A stretch of DNA of 64,000 nucleotides, taken from positions 1 through 64,000 of the forward strand of contig PSPG01000001.1 of NCBI GenBank assembly GCA_003193925.1, read 5' to 3'. The stretch comes from Candidatus Thalassarchaeum betae (GTDB taxonomy: Archaea > Thermoplasmatota > Poseidoniia > Poseidoniales > Thalassarchaeaceae). Below, in pieces: positions 28,879 to 38,011 of this stretch (position 1 is the stretch's first letter; the number at the start of each line of letters is the position of its first letter). The notes beneath the pieces were generated by a model. The model was not told where the DNA came from. It saw nothing but the letters and a program-made list of their open reading frames with translations, and ran no database searches. The position numbers and the translations under genes were made by a program.

Positions 28879-29559
28879 ATGGGTTTACCCTCTTTCCTCC
28901 GACCAGCGAAGGAAGTTCCTACCACGTGGTGGAGCGCGGACGACCCGATGACCACGAGGCCACGCCCACAGAGCCTCGTCATCCTAATCTTCGGTCTTTG
29001 GGTCTTCGGCACCGGAGACGCCATCCTGATCGCCGCGGGAATCGGCAACACGCCGTGGACGGTTCTGGCCGAGGGAATCGCCATCAACATCGGTCGGTCG
29101 GTCGGTCAAGCGACTTTCCTAGTCAGCATCATCGTGCTCTTCCTGTGGATTCCACTGAAGGAGAAACCGGGTATCGGGACCATACTCAATGTCATCTTCA
29201 TCGCCGCCGCGATCGAGGTCATGGTGCCTCGTCTGCCGACCCCCGATAACCTAGGAGTCGCCCTCTTGCAGGTACTCGCAGGGATACTTCTCATCGGCAT
29301 TGGGAGCAGTATCTACCTCACTGCAAATCTGGGACCGGGTCCGAGAGACGGCTGGATGACCGGGCTACAGAGGATGTCCGGCGTTCCAATCAGTAGGGTC
29401 AGAGGCATCATAGAAGTGTGTGTTCTGGCTCTCGGTTGGCTCCTAGGCGGCACTTTCTGGGTAGGTACCATCCTCTTCGCCATCCTCATCGGCCCAGTCG
29501 TCGGAATTTGCCTCAACATCGCAGGCCGACTGGGGCAGCCGGGTGAGGTTCATGGCTGA
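28879..29559 (+). CDS. YczE/YitT-like membrane protein
   Basis: GNTPWTVL, PGIGT, LGPGPRDG, GGTFWVGT. Confidence 0.82.
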   Translation: MGLPSFLRPAKEVPTTWWSADDPMTTRPRPQSLVILIFGLWVFGTGDAILIAAGIGNTPWTVLAEGIAINIGRSVGQATFLVSIIVLFLWIPLKEKPGIGTILNVIFIAAAIEVMVPRLPTPDNLGVALLQVLAGILLIGIGSSIYLTANLGPGPRDGWMTGLQRMSGVPISRVRGIIEVCVLALGWLLGGTFWVGTILFAILIGPVVGICLNIAGRLGQPGEVHG

Positions 29560-29577
29560 ACCCCCTCAGGCCGGGGC

Positions 29578-30639
29578 ATGGGAGGGCACGGCGTGATACG
29601 CCGCTACCGCAGCTTTCTCCCGGTTTCCGATGACACACCGGTGGTCTCTTTGAACGAGGGCGGCACCCCTCTGATTGAGACACCAGAAATCGTCAGCGCG
29701 CTCGGCGGAGATTTCCAACTCTTCGTGAAGTATGAGGGCCTGAACCCCACAGCCTCGTTCAAGGACAGGGGAATGACTCTGGCGGTGTCCAAGGCAGTCG
29801 AGCGAGGTGCGCGCATCGTTGTATGCGCGAGCACCGGGAACACCAGCGCATCGGCCGCTGCCTACGCCGCTCGCGCAGGGATGAGGTGCCTGGTGCTGAT
29901 CCCAGAGGGCAAGATAGCCTTCGGCAAGATGGCGCAGGCGCTGATACACGGCGCCCTGACCCTCGAGGTCAGGGGCAATTTCGACGACGCCCTCGAGATC
30001 GTCAGAGAGCTTGGCAAGAGGGACGACATCGAGGTGGTGAACAGCATCAACCCATATCGGATTCAAGGTCAGAAGACAGCTTCCTTCGAAGTCTGCGACA
30101 GCCTTGGAGAAGCCCCAGACATGCATTTCCTCCCGGTTGGCAACGCAGGCAACATCACTGCCTACTGGATGGGTTACAAGGAGTACCGTGATGCTGGTAA
30201 CTGCTCCAAGCTGCCTCGGATGATGGGTTGGCAGGCCGAGGGGGCGGCACCGATTGTCCGCGGCACCCCCATCGAGAGCCCCGAGACAGTGGCTTCTGCG
30301 ATTCGCATTGGCAACCCCTCGAGCTGGGAGCACGCGGTCAACGCGGCTTCCGAGTCGTCGGGCGCGATAGACATGGTCAGTGACGAGGAGATCCTCGACG
30401 CGCAAAGGATGCTGGCTAGGACGGCCGGCATCTTTGTCGAACCAGCCTCAGCAGCAGGCATAGCAGGCATCGTCAAGTGCCACACTGGAGGCGGCATACC
30501 GAACGGCAGCACGGTTGTCGTTACGGTGACCGGCCACGGCTTGAAGGACCCTGATGTGGCAGTCGAGAACTCGAGGGCCGAGTCAATCATCGTCGACGCT
30601 GATATGGACTCGGTGCTGGTCGCGATAGGCCTTGACTAG
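29578..30639 (+). CDS. thrC: Threonine synthase
   Basis: NPTASFKDRG, ASTGNTSAS, PVGNAGNI, EPASA, TGHGLKDP. Confidence 0.95.
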   Translation: MGGHGVIRRYRSFLPVSDDTPVVSLNEGGTPLIETPEIVSALGGDFQLFVKYEGLNPTASFKDRGMTLAVSKAVERGARIVVCASTGNTSASAAAYAARAGMRCLVLIPEGKIAFGKMAQALIHGALTLEVRGNFDDALEIVRELGKRDDIEVVNSINPYRIQGQKTASFEVCDSLGEAPDMHFLPVGNAGNITAYWMGYKEYRDAGNCSKLPRMMGWQAEGAAPIVRGTPIESPETVASAIRIGNPSSWEHAVNAASESSGAIDMVSDEEILDAQRMLARTAGIFVEPASAAGIAGIVKCHTGGGIPNGSTVVVTVTGHGLKDPDVAVENSRAESIIVDADMDSVLVAIGLD

Positions 30640-31106
30640 CGCAGAGGCCAAGCCTCGCCCTCGAAGCTGTAGAACGAGACGAGGGTCTGTGTGTGTCCGA
30701 CGCCGGGGATGGCTGACAGGTCATCGAGAATCGAGTCCCCCAAATCCTCCATGTTCCTCGCGAGCACCTCGATGATGAAGTCCCACTGCCCGGTGACGAT
30801 GTGGCATCCGATAACGAACGGCATGCCGCAGATCTCCTCAGCCACGTCCCTCCTATCGGTGTGCCCTCTCTCGCCGGCCCAATTCGCAAGGATGTAGGCG
30901 TGGAGCTGCCAGCCCAGTTCCACCTTCCCCAGCTCCACGGTGAAGCGCTTCACGACCCCCCTCTCCTGGAGGCGCCGGATGCGGTCGTGCACGGTCACCC
31001 TCGGCATCCCAAGAGCGTCTGCGATCGCCTGTGTACTGGCTCTGGCGTCCTCTTCGAGAATGGCGACGATTCGAGCGTCTTTGTTGTCCAGTTCGGATAA
31101 CGGCAT
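30636..31106 (-). CDS. Lrp/AsnC family transcriptional regulator
   Basis: LDNKDARIVAILEEDAR..IADALG..RVTVHDRIRRL..GVV HTH, followed by a RAM domain (VTGQWD). Confidence 0.93.
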   Translation of the reverse strand: MPLSELDNKDARIVAILEEDARASTQAIADALGMPRVTVHDRIRRLQERGVVKRFTVELGKVELGWQLHAYILANWAGERGHTDRRDVAEEICGMPFVIGCHIVTGQWDFIIEVLARNMEDLGDSILDDLSAIPGVGHTQTLVSFYSFEGEAWPLR

Positions 31107-31138
31107 GATTATCGGAATTGACGGTAGATAATAACATA

Positions 31139-31229
31139 TTCCGACGATTTGTCGAATATTCTCAATATATCTGTCTTTTATTCGACAATTTCTGTAATTT
31201 ACCGGCGCATAGTTGATGACCTTTTGTCG
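31139..31229. promoter_or_regulatory. Candidate Lrp operator array in an AT-rich divergent promoter
   Basis: CGACGATTTGTCG (31142-31154), CGACAATTTCTGT (31183-31195), TGACCTTTTGTCG (31217-31229). Confidence 0.5.
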
Positions 31230-31241
31230 TGTCGGAGGGTC

Positions 31242-32444
31242 GTGAGCGACAAGTACACCGACAAGCGATTCGCGACGCGAGCAATCTGGTCAGGGACGCA
31301 GAACATCGATGGCTCTGCGACCACACCGGTCTTCCTCACCTCGACCTACCAACTCACCGACGAACGCTATCAGGGATGGGCAGATGGTGCACAGCACACG
31401 GCGTTGTACAGCCGCCTGTCAAGCATCAATTCCGAAGCCGTCGCTGCGAAGGTAGCCGCACTCGAGGGCGCGGAGGACGGCGAGGCCTTCGCCAGCGGCA
31501 TGTCCGCAATCTCGACCACGCTTCTGGCACTGCTCTCCAAGGACGACCACATGGTCGCCAGCGCCGACTGCTACGGCGGAACCTATGGCTTCATGACCGA
31601 GGATCTGCCCCGCTTCGGGATCGAGGTATCGATGGCGGACATGCGCGACCCCTCGTCCTACGAGGCCGCTATACAGGATAACACCAAGATCCTCTACGTC
31701 GAGACCCTCACCAATCCGGTGCTGAAGGTCTGCGACCTCGAGGCGATGGCCGCAATCGCGAACAAGCACGGACTCATCGCCATCGTCGACAACACGTTCG
31801 CAACGCCATGGGCGTGCAATCCAATCTCCATGGGCTTCGATTTGGTTGTCCACTCCGGGACCAAGTACCTCGGCGGGCACTCCGATCTCATCGCAGGAAT
31901 CGTGGTGGGTCGCAAGGACCTGATTTTTGAGATTTTCAGAAGGAAGGTCCACTTAGGAGGCGCTGCAGACCCGCACATGTGCTATCTGCTTGAGCGAGGG
32001 ATGAGGACTCTGCACGCGAGGATGCCGATTCACGCTGCCAACGCCGCCGAGCTCGCGCGGAGGCTCGAGGCCCATCCCATGATCGAGAGAGTGAACCACA
32101 CCTCGCTGCCGAGTTACGCCGACTACGAGGTCGCGCAGCGAATCATGCCAGCGGGCAGTGGCATGCTTTCCTACGTCGTTATGGGCGGCGACGAGGCCGC
32201 CCTGCGATACATACGAACCCTCGAACTCATCTTCGAGGCCACTAGCCTTGGAGGGGTCGAGAGCTTGGTAGAGTGCCCGTTCAACACGAGCCACATGTTC
32301 GTGCCAGAGGAGGTCCGCAGGGAGGCCGGAGTCATACCCGGCTTCGTGAGGATGAGCGTCGGCATCGAAGACATCGAGGACCTGTGGGCCGATATGGAGC
32401 AGGCGCTCGTCGCTGCTAACGCCTTCCTCGAATCCCGAGCTTGA
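31242..32444 (+). CDS. Cys/Met metabolism PLP enzyme (cystathionine gamma-lyase/synthase family)
   Basis: YSRL, FASGMSAI, YGGT, ETLTNP, VDNTFA, HSGTKYLGGHSD, SLGGVESL, RMSVGIED. GTG start inferred. Confidence 0.92.
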   Translation: MSDKYTDKRFATRAIWSGTQNIDGSATTPVFLTSTYQLTDERYQGWADGAQHTALYSRLSSINSEAVAAKVAALEGAEDGEAFASGMSAISTTLLALLSKDDHMVASADCYGGTYGFMTEDLPRFGIEVSMADMRDPSSYEAAIQDNTKILYVETLTNPVLKVCDLEAMAAIANKHGLIAIVDNTFATPWACNPISMGFDLVVHSGTKYLGGHSDLIAGIVVGRKDLIFEIFRRKVHLGGAADPHMCYLLERGMRTLHARMPIHAANAAELARRLEAHPMIERVNHTSLPSYADYEVAQRIMPAGSGMLSYVVMGGDEAALRYIRTLELIFEATSLGGVESLVECPFNTSHMFVPEEVRREAGVIPGFVRMSVGIEDIEDLWADMEQALVAANAFLESRA

Positions 32445-32453
32445 GGCTCCTTC

Positions 32454-33053
32454 ATGGACACCGAGTTGCTGGTGGCCACGCTCGTCTTCATCATACCAAT
32501 GTGCTTCACACCCGGACCGAACAACGTACTGTGCGCGGCCCACGGCTCTCAGCATGGCCTGAGAGGAACCATGCCTCTGATAACTGGCATGGCGATAGGC
32601 TGGTCCTCTCTAGGGCTTTTCGTCGGAGCTGCTACGGTCTTCATCGAGGAGAACGAGTCGTTCTTCAGCCTGCTCACATACGTCGGTGCCGCCTACATCG
32701 CATATCTGGCATACAAGATCGCGACAGCCAAGCCGATTACCGACGAGGAACAGTCGAGTGAGCGTCTTGGTGTGATAACCGGAATCGTTCTACAGGTCGT
32801 CAATGGCAAGGCATGGATCCACTTCCTCGTTCTTATGACGGCATTCGGAAGCCTGTTCGGGGCGGGCTTTGAGGGCAAGGTGGCCCTTGTTCTCCTCAAC
32901 TTGCTCTTCGGTCTGCCCGCGGTGACGTGCTGGGCCGCCTTCGGCACTCTCTTGAGGCGCGCTTTCAGCAATCCCTCCTCAGCGAGGAATCTGAATCGTG
33001 CGATGGGGCTCTCCCTGTTCGCAGTGGCGGCCTGGATTGTCCTCTCGCATTAG
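32454..33053 (+). CDS. LysE-family amino-acid exporter (EamB/YfiK-like)
   Basis: FTPGPNN, GAAYIAYLAYKIA, QVVNGKAW. Confidence 0.87.
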   Translation: MDTELLVATLVFIIPMCFTPGPNNVLCAAHGSQHGLRGTMPLITGMAIGWSSLGLFVGAATVFIEENESFFSLLTYVGAAYIAYLAYKIATAKPITDEEQSSERLGVITGIVLQVVNGKAWIHFLVLMTAFGSLFGAGFEGKVALVLLNLLFGLPAVTCWAAFGTLLRRAFSNPSSARNLNRAMGLSLFAVAAWIVLSH

Positions 33054-34754
33054 TCAGGGCATCGGGCCCGCACCGCTGGCTTCGGCGAGCCACCTCATGG
33101 CAGCCTCGTAGTCCTGAGCCGCATCGAGGTTATCCTTCAGCAACAGGTCCTCCGCTGCGTCCCACAGTGCTCGCATGGCCGGCACCCAGTCACCGCCCTT
33201 GTCCCGACTGGCTTCGTCGAAGCGCCAGGCATCCGACTCCGTCCTCTCGTGAACGTTGAGCCAAGCCCAGCCCATCGCCATCTCAAGGCCCTTGCCTTTG
33301 CGCGCTTTGGATACAGTCGCAGCGACTCCGTTCTCGACGGCATGGCGCACCAGAGCATCAGCGAAGTCGAGAGGCGAAGGCAAGGCCCCGATCTCCCATG
33401 GCAGCCTCTCTAGGCGCTTGGCTGTGGACAGGCTCTTGCCGAGTTCGCGCAGGAAGGCTCCGAAGCCCTGCTTGCGCTGCATTTGCTTGGCATGTATCGC
33501 TTCGGCTTCGCTTCCGGATATCCCGTAGATTTCATCCAGTATGGTCAGACCGTGGTCCGGCCACAACGCGACCAGATTGGGGTGACAGGCTGAATCCTCG
33601 AGACGAATCACATCCTCATCCAGTACCAGTACCAGTCCATCTGTCCTGATGTGGATCCCGGTGTTGAGTGAGTCCAGCACGCAGGCTATGCCCCTCCTCT
33701 CCTCCGAGTTCCCGGCCATGAGCTCTAGGAAACCGTCGCGTCCGTCTTCAGCGAACCAATGCGTGCCGAGGACGTAACCGTCGCTTATCGAGTTCAGTAT
33801 GCTGCTTCTGCAAGCCACTGCCAGAGCAGCGTCGTCGAAGGACATCCGAAGCCAAGCAGTGAGGACCTCCTCGAGATTCTCCTCGCCCTCCGCGGGTAGG
33901 GCGCGTCCCTCCGGCCACCCCTTTGGCTTCCACATCCACTCCGCTTCCGCCACATCGCTCAGGCGTGGCGGCATCATACCCATCGCCACGCTTTGGGCGA
34001 ACTGCTCCTCGCTCTTGGCCAGAGCAGCCGGCGTCAGGCCGACTACAGTGCCATTGAGAAATTCGAGGCGCAGCCACCCAGAGTCAGTCAACTCCCGTTC
34101 GAGGACAATAGACTCCTCGAGTCCCTTGCTCCACCTGACATCACCACCAGAGAGTTCTATGGAGGCATTGTCCAGACTCCAGTCGACCCACTCCTCTGGC
34201 GGATCCGGCTCACTGCCTGTGAATACGAAGCCACCCTCCCAGGAGAAGAACCACTGTCCTGATTTGGCGTGCTCGTCCCATACCAAGAGGCGCATCTTGG
34301 AGTGTGTGTGGTTCTGGATTCCAGCTAGGTGGCTCTGCTTCCCGTTGCCCCTGCGGATGTAACTAGATACACCGTAGAGCGGATTCTTGAACACGGCAAC
34401 AGTTGAACGGCCCTCCTCGCTGGCGGCCAGCAGACTGCCGGCCAGAGCGCGGCAGACGGGGTCCCCGCCTTTCTTCGCCATGCGCTTGCGAAGCCAACGG
34501 GGGTCGTTGCGCTTGGCAGCAACTGCGGGGAGTTCCTTCAGGGTCTTGCCCATCTTATCCTTCGAGAAGAAAGAACCGTCAATAGTACCCCTAATCTCAG
34601 GCACGAACACCTCGGGGTCGTCTAGGAGCTCCTGGAGATTTCTGCCCAGCCGCTGCTGGATTTCCTTGGAGGCCTGCTTGATACCGCGCACGCGGATTTT
34701 CTTGCGGCGGGTCCTATCCCCCGGGAAACGAACCTCTGCCGGTGGTTTCGCCAT
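33054..34754 (-). CDS. Hypothetical protein (about 566 aa)
   Basis: Long ORF with genome-like codon usage; basic N-terminus, Trp-rich body; no motif recognised. Confidence 0.75.
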   Translation of the reverse strand: MAKPPAEVRFPGDRTRRKKIRVRGIKQASKEIQQRLGRNLQELLDDPEVFVPEIRGTIDGSFFSKDKMGKTLKELPAVAAKRNDPRWLRKRMAKKGGDPVCRALAGSLLAASEEGRSTVAVFKNPLYGVSSYIRRGNGKQSHLAGIQNHTHSKMRLLVWDEHAKSGQWFFSWEGGFVFTGSEPDPPEEWVDWSLDNASIELSGGDVRWSKGLEESIVLERELTDSGWLRLEFLNGTVVGLTPAALAKSEEQFAQSVAMGMMPPRLSDVAEAEWMWKPKGWPEGRALPAEGEENLEEVLTAWLRMSFDDAALAVACRSSILNSISDGYVLGTHWFAEDGRDGFLELMAGNSEERRGIACVLDSLNTGIHIRTDGLVLVLDEDVIRLEDSACHPNLVALWPDHGLTILDEIYGISGSEAEAIHAKQMQRKQGFGAFLRELGKSLSTAKRLERLPWEIGALPSPLDFADALVRHAVENGVAATVSKARKGKGLEMAMGWAWLNVHERTESDAWRFDEASRDKGGDWVPAMRALWDAAEDLLLKDNLDAAQDYEAAMRWLAEASGAGPMP

Positions 34755-34803
34755 CGTATCCCTGCCTTCGCGAGCCGTGGCCCCCGTTTGAGTGCGTCGA
34801 CCT

Positions 34804-35631
34804 TCACCCACCGATTCTGCGGCGCTCGAAGGCCTCTTCCTCCAATCCGTTGAACTCAGTTGGGAGTACGAACGCATGGACCGTCCCCCCCCTCAACTCG
34901 GCCAGATCCCCCAGATGCCCGGACAGCACGCGCTCCTGCTTTGTGCCTAGGTCACTGAGAAGAATCCCGCTCCACTCCCTGACGGGGCGCTCCAGACTGG
35001 CCCGGAGCCCGTCTTCTCCCCCCTCCAGCCGCTCGACCATCTTCTCGAGCAGCCCGACCGCTTCGGCCGGGCTCATGGGTCGGGGCCGCTCGACGCCCAT
35101 CCCAGTGGGGTCGAGATCGAGGAGCACGAGCGAGTGCAGACCACTCTCGAAGTTGTTGCACAGTATCTCCAGAGGCGATGTCGGCAGGTAGTCCCCGACT
35201 GCGAAGGGCAGCGTGACCTGCCTGCCGAAGCGATACGATTGCATTCCCGAGAGGGAGACCGCGAGAGCGGTCACACTCAATCCTGGAATGACATAGAAAC
35301 CGATGCCCTGCTCGGCACATCTGGCTTCCAGATCGATGTGCGTGGTGGCTTGCATCGGGTCACCGACGACGAGCAGTGCCACAGCCTTGCTGCGCGCGGA
35401 GGCAAGCAGCTCCGCAGGCTTCTCCACCTTATCTCGCATGAGTCTCTCCCAAGGGCCAATCACGGATTCGAGGCGCTCCTCCTCCCTCTGGGGCAGGACC
35501 GCTGTGTAACCCTCGAGGTATCGCTTGGAGCAGCCCCGAGCCACGCTGCGGGCACGCTCGGTCATGTGGTCGAGGTCACCCGGTCCGATGCCGATCAGCC
35601 AGAGGCCGGGAGCGGGCTCATCGTCCGTCAT
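34804..35631 (-). CDS. dph5: Diphthine synthase
   Basis: LWLIGIG, YLEGYTA, VGDPMQATTH, GMQSYRFGRQVTLPF, GLHSLVLLD. Confidence 0.93.
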   Translation of the reverse strand: MTDDEPAPGLWLIGIGPGDLDHMTERARSVARGCSKRYLEGYTAVLPQREEERLESVIGPWERLMRDKVEKPAELLASARSKAVALLVVGDPMQATTHIDLEARCAEQGIGFYVIPGLSVTALAVSLSGMQSYRFGRQVTLPFAVGDYLPTSPLEILCNNFESGLHSLVLLDLDPTGMGVERPRPMSPAEAVGLLEKMVERLEGGEDGLRASLERPVREWSGILLSDLGTKQERVLSGHLGDLAELRGGTVHAFVLPTEFNGLEEEAFERRRIGG

Positions 35632-35659
35632 GGTGAAGCGGGCTGCCCCGCTGCCCGTC

Positions 35660-36841
35660 ATGAACGTGATGCGCCATCTGCTAGTCCCTAACCACCAAGT
35701 CGAGGATGCTCTCGGCCATATCCGCAGTCGAGGATGGCTCGCTCCGGGGATGAGGGTGTTCGCCTCAGAAGACGGCATTGCTCGACTGATTCCGCTCGAT
35801 CCAGGAGCGCCGCTAGAGCTTCCCCAAGCGCTTGCGTCATTCGATGTCACCAGTCATGAGGGGGAAATCGACGAGAGAGCGGACAGCGATTGGTGGGGCC
35901 ACCTATCCACACTCGTGGGCGATGAGGTGGTGGAGCGCCACCGGGAGGCATGGCCATCCTCTCACGAGTTCGTGGGTGACATGATGATTGTCAGAATCGA
36001 AGACGAGGTCGCCGGCTACGCTTCCCAAATCGCGCAGGCCAAGCTCCAGTCTCACCCCCATATCAGGCTGGTGCTCTCTGATGACGGCGTCCTCGGTGAA
36101 TTCAGAATCCGAGAGTTGTCTCCCATCGGAGCGAGGCGAGGTGATGAGATCCTCCTGCACGACATCCCAGCAGACCTCAGTGACACAAAAGTGCACGTCA
36201 GGGAGTCCGGTAGGAGCATACTCTGCGACCCGAGAAGGGCTTACTTCTCCACAAAGCTCCAGTCAGAGCGACTCGAGACTCTAGCACTTGCCAAGGAGCT
36301 CCGCTCCTTGCTCGGCAGACCGCTTCGCGTCTGCGACCCTTTCTGCGGGGTCGGCCCGGCTCTCGCGACACTGCTGGGCGAACCCGGCCTGGTGGGGGAT
36401 GCCCTAGCCTCTGATCTGAACCCCGACGCGGTAGAGATGCTGTTCGACAACCTGCGTCGCTGGGACCGCAGGGACTACCCGAGCGAGCCGAGCCCCCTCG
36501 CGCGGGTCCACGATGACATGATGGTTGGAGTGGCCGACGCCACTGAACTGGCAGGGGACACGACCATCGCAGGTAATTGGGACCTTGTCCTTGTCAATCT
36601 CCCTCATCGTTCCATCGAGTTCCTGCCGGTGCTCGCTCCCTTGCTTGACAGAACCTCCCCCTCCATGATCAGGGGCAGAGTGGTGGTTGCAGAATCTGAG
36701 ATCGACGCTGCAAACGCCGCCATTCGCTCCGCACTCCCAACTCGCCTGGAGGGCACGCCTGAGCCGGCGCTGCGAATCAAGCGCGACTACAGCAGCACGC
36801 TGCGACTCTGCTCCTTCGAGGCGTGGATTTCCCCCTCATAG
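35660..36841 (+). CDS. Trm5/Tyw2-like SAM-dependent tRNA methyltransferase
   Basis: VGD, GEFRIR, AYFSTKLQSER, DPFCGVGP, DLNPDA, VNLP. Confidence 0.8.
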   Translation: MNVMRHLLVPNHQVEDALGHIRSRGWLAPGMRVFASEDGIARLIPLDPGAPLELPQALASFDVTSHEGEIDERADSDWWGHLSTLVGDEVVERHREAWPSSHEFVGDMMIVRIEDEVAGYASQIAQAKLQSHPHIRLVLSDDGVLGEFRIRELSPIGARRGDEILLHDIPADLSDTKVHVRESGRSILCDPRRAYFSTKLQSERLETLALAKELRSLLGRPLRVCDPFCGVGPALATLLGEPGLVGDALASDLNPDAVEMLFDNLRRWDRRDYPSEPSPLARVHDDMMVGVADATELAGDTTIAGNWDLVLVNLPHRSIEFLPVLAPLLDRTSPSMIRGRVVVAESEIDAANAAIRSALPTRLEGTPEPALRIKRDYSSTLRLCSFEAWISPS

Positions 36842-36910
36842 GATGGAAAAGCATCGATGAACAGGGTGACGATTGGTGGGAGGCCGGCTACGACGCCGGT
36901 GCTGAGTGAG

Positions 36911-36986
36911 TGGCGCCCCGACCGGGATTTGAACCCGGGTCGCAGCCTCGACAGGGCTGCATGATAGGCCACTACACCATCAGGGC
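36911..36986 (-). tRNA. tRNA-Asp (GTC), CCA encoded
   Basis: Reverse complement GCCCTGATGGTGTAGTGG...CAGCC-CTGTCGA-GGCTG...GGTTCAAATCC...GGGCGCCA folds as a cloverleaf. Confidence 0.96.
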
Positions 36987-37064
36987 TAGGGCTCCTCGAC
37001 ATCGACCCTCTTTTTCAATCTTTGATAGGGTATTGTTCATCACCCGCCCCCACTGGGGTTCGAC

Positions 37065-37658
37065 ATGGGTGAGCAGTCTCTCGTCATCGATGTCATCGAC
37101 AACGGCGGCCAGTGGACCCACCGCGAGTGGCGCATGCTGCGATATCTCGGAGTAGACACTCAGATTCTGCCCAACGACACCCCGCTGGACGACCTTCGGG
37201 AGATTGACGGACTGGTCCTCTCAGGCGGAGCAGCCCGCGTGGGTCTGACAGGCGAGTTGGGCAATTGCGCTGCCTACCTCGGCCTGTATGTGCCGATCTT
37301 AGGGATATGCGCCGGGCACCAGTTCATGGCTGGCCACTACGGCGGCCAGACCGCCGAGGCGCCCAAGCCAGAGTTCGGCCCCGCCTCGATTTCGCTGGTC
37401 GGTGGCGGCGGACAGTTGTTCGAGGGCACACCGGCGGAGCAGACGGTGTGGGAGAGCCACAACGACGAAGTCACGGAGGTGCCCTCCGGATTCAGCATCA
37501 CCGCTCACAGCCACTCGTGTAAGGTGCAGGGAATGGAGAAAGAGTCGGGAGACCGCTTCGGCCTGCAATTCCACCCCGAAGTCAACGATTCCGAGTACGG
37601 TGCGCGGATATTCGAGAACTTCGTCGCCATATGCGAACGGGCCCGAAGGGCCCGCTGA
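37065..37658 (+). CDS. guaAA: GMP synthase glutamine amidotransferase subunit A
   Basis: DNGGQWTHREWR, GICAGHQ, WESHNDEV, QFHPEV. Confidence 0.93.
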   Translation: MGEQSLVIDVIDNGGQWTHREWRMLRYLGVDTQILPNDTPLDDLREIDGLVLSGGAARVGLTGELGNCAAYLGLYVPILGICAGHQFMAGHYGGQTAEAPKPEFGPASISLVGGGGQLFEGTPAEQTVWESHNDEVTEVPSGFSITAHSHSCKVQGMEKESGDRFGLQFHPEVNDSEYGARIFENFVAICERARRAR

Positions 37659-37701
37659 AGCATAGGACAGGTTGAAGAAGGCCTGCAAGGTCGCCGGCCC
37701 G

Positions 37702-37971
37702 ATGGCTAAGGAAGCAGACCGTATGATACTCCACAAGTGTAGGAACTGCAACCGTACTGACAAAAGGGCTTCGAGCTCCACCGAGCCGCCGAAATGCAGC
37801 CATTGCGAATCGTCGATGGATCCGCTCGAGATCCGCTACAAGTGCCTGCGCTGCGGACACCTGGCTTGGAACGAGGCGCAAACCACCGGGAGGTCCTGCC
37901 ACAAGTGCGGCTACCGCATCTTCGTAAAGCCCCGTAAGGAAGGCCGCCACAAGATCCTGAAGACCGAGTGA
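37702..37971 (+). CDS. rpoP: RNA polymerase subunit P (Rpo12)-like protein with an extra N-terminal zinc ribbon
   Basis: C-terminal YKCLRCG...CHKCGYRIFVKPR matches the RpoP pattern; N-terminal CRNC...CSHC. Confidence 0.72.
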   Translation: MAKEADRMILHKCRNCNRTDKRASSSTEPPKCSHCESSMDPLEIRYKCLRCGHLAWNEAQTTGRSCHKCGYRIFVKPRKEGRHKILKTE

Positions 37972-38011
37972 GCAGCGGGGTCTTCAAGTCCCGCCAATTC
38001 GACGACCCCTC

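Noticed and set aside
29566-30405. Long antisense ORFs (this one, 14405-15049, 46944-47828 and others)
   Set aside because: They lie opposite well-supported genes and are expected from high GC3 codon bias; no motifs.
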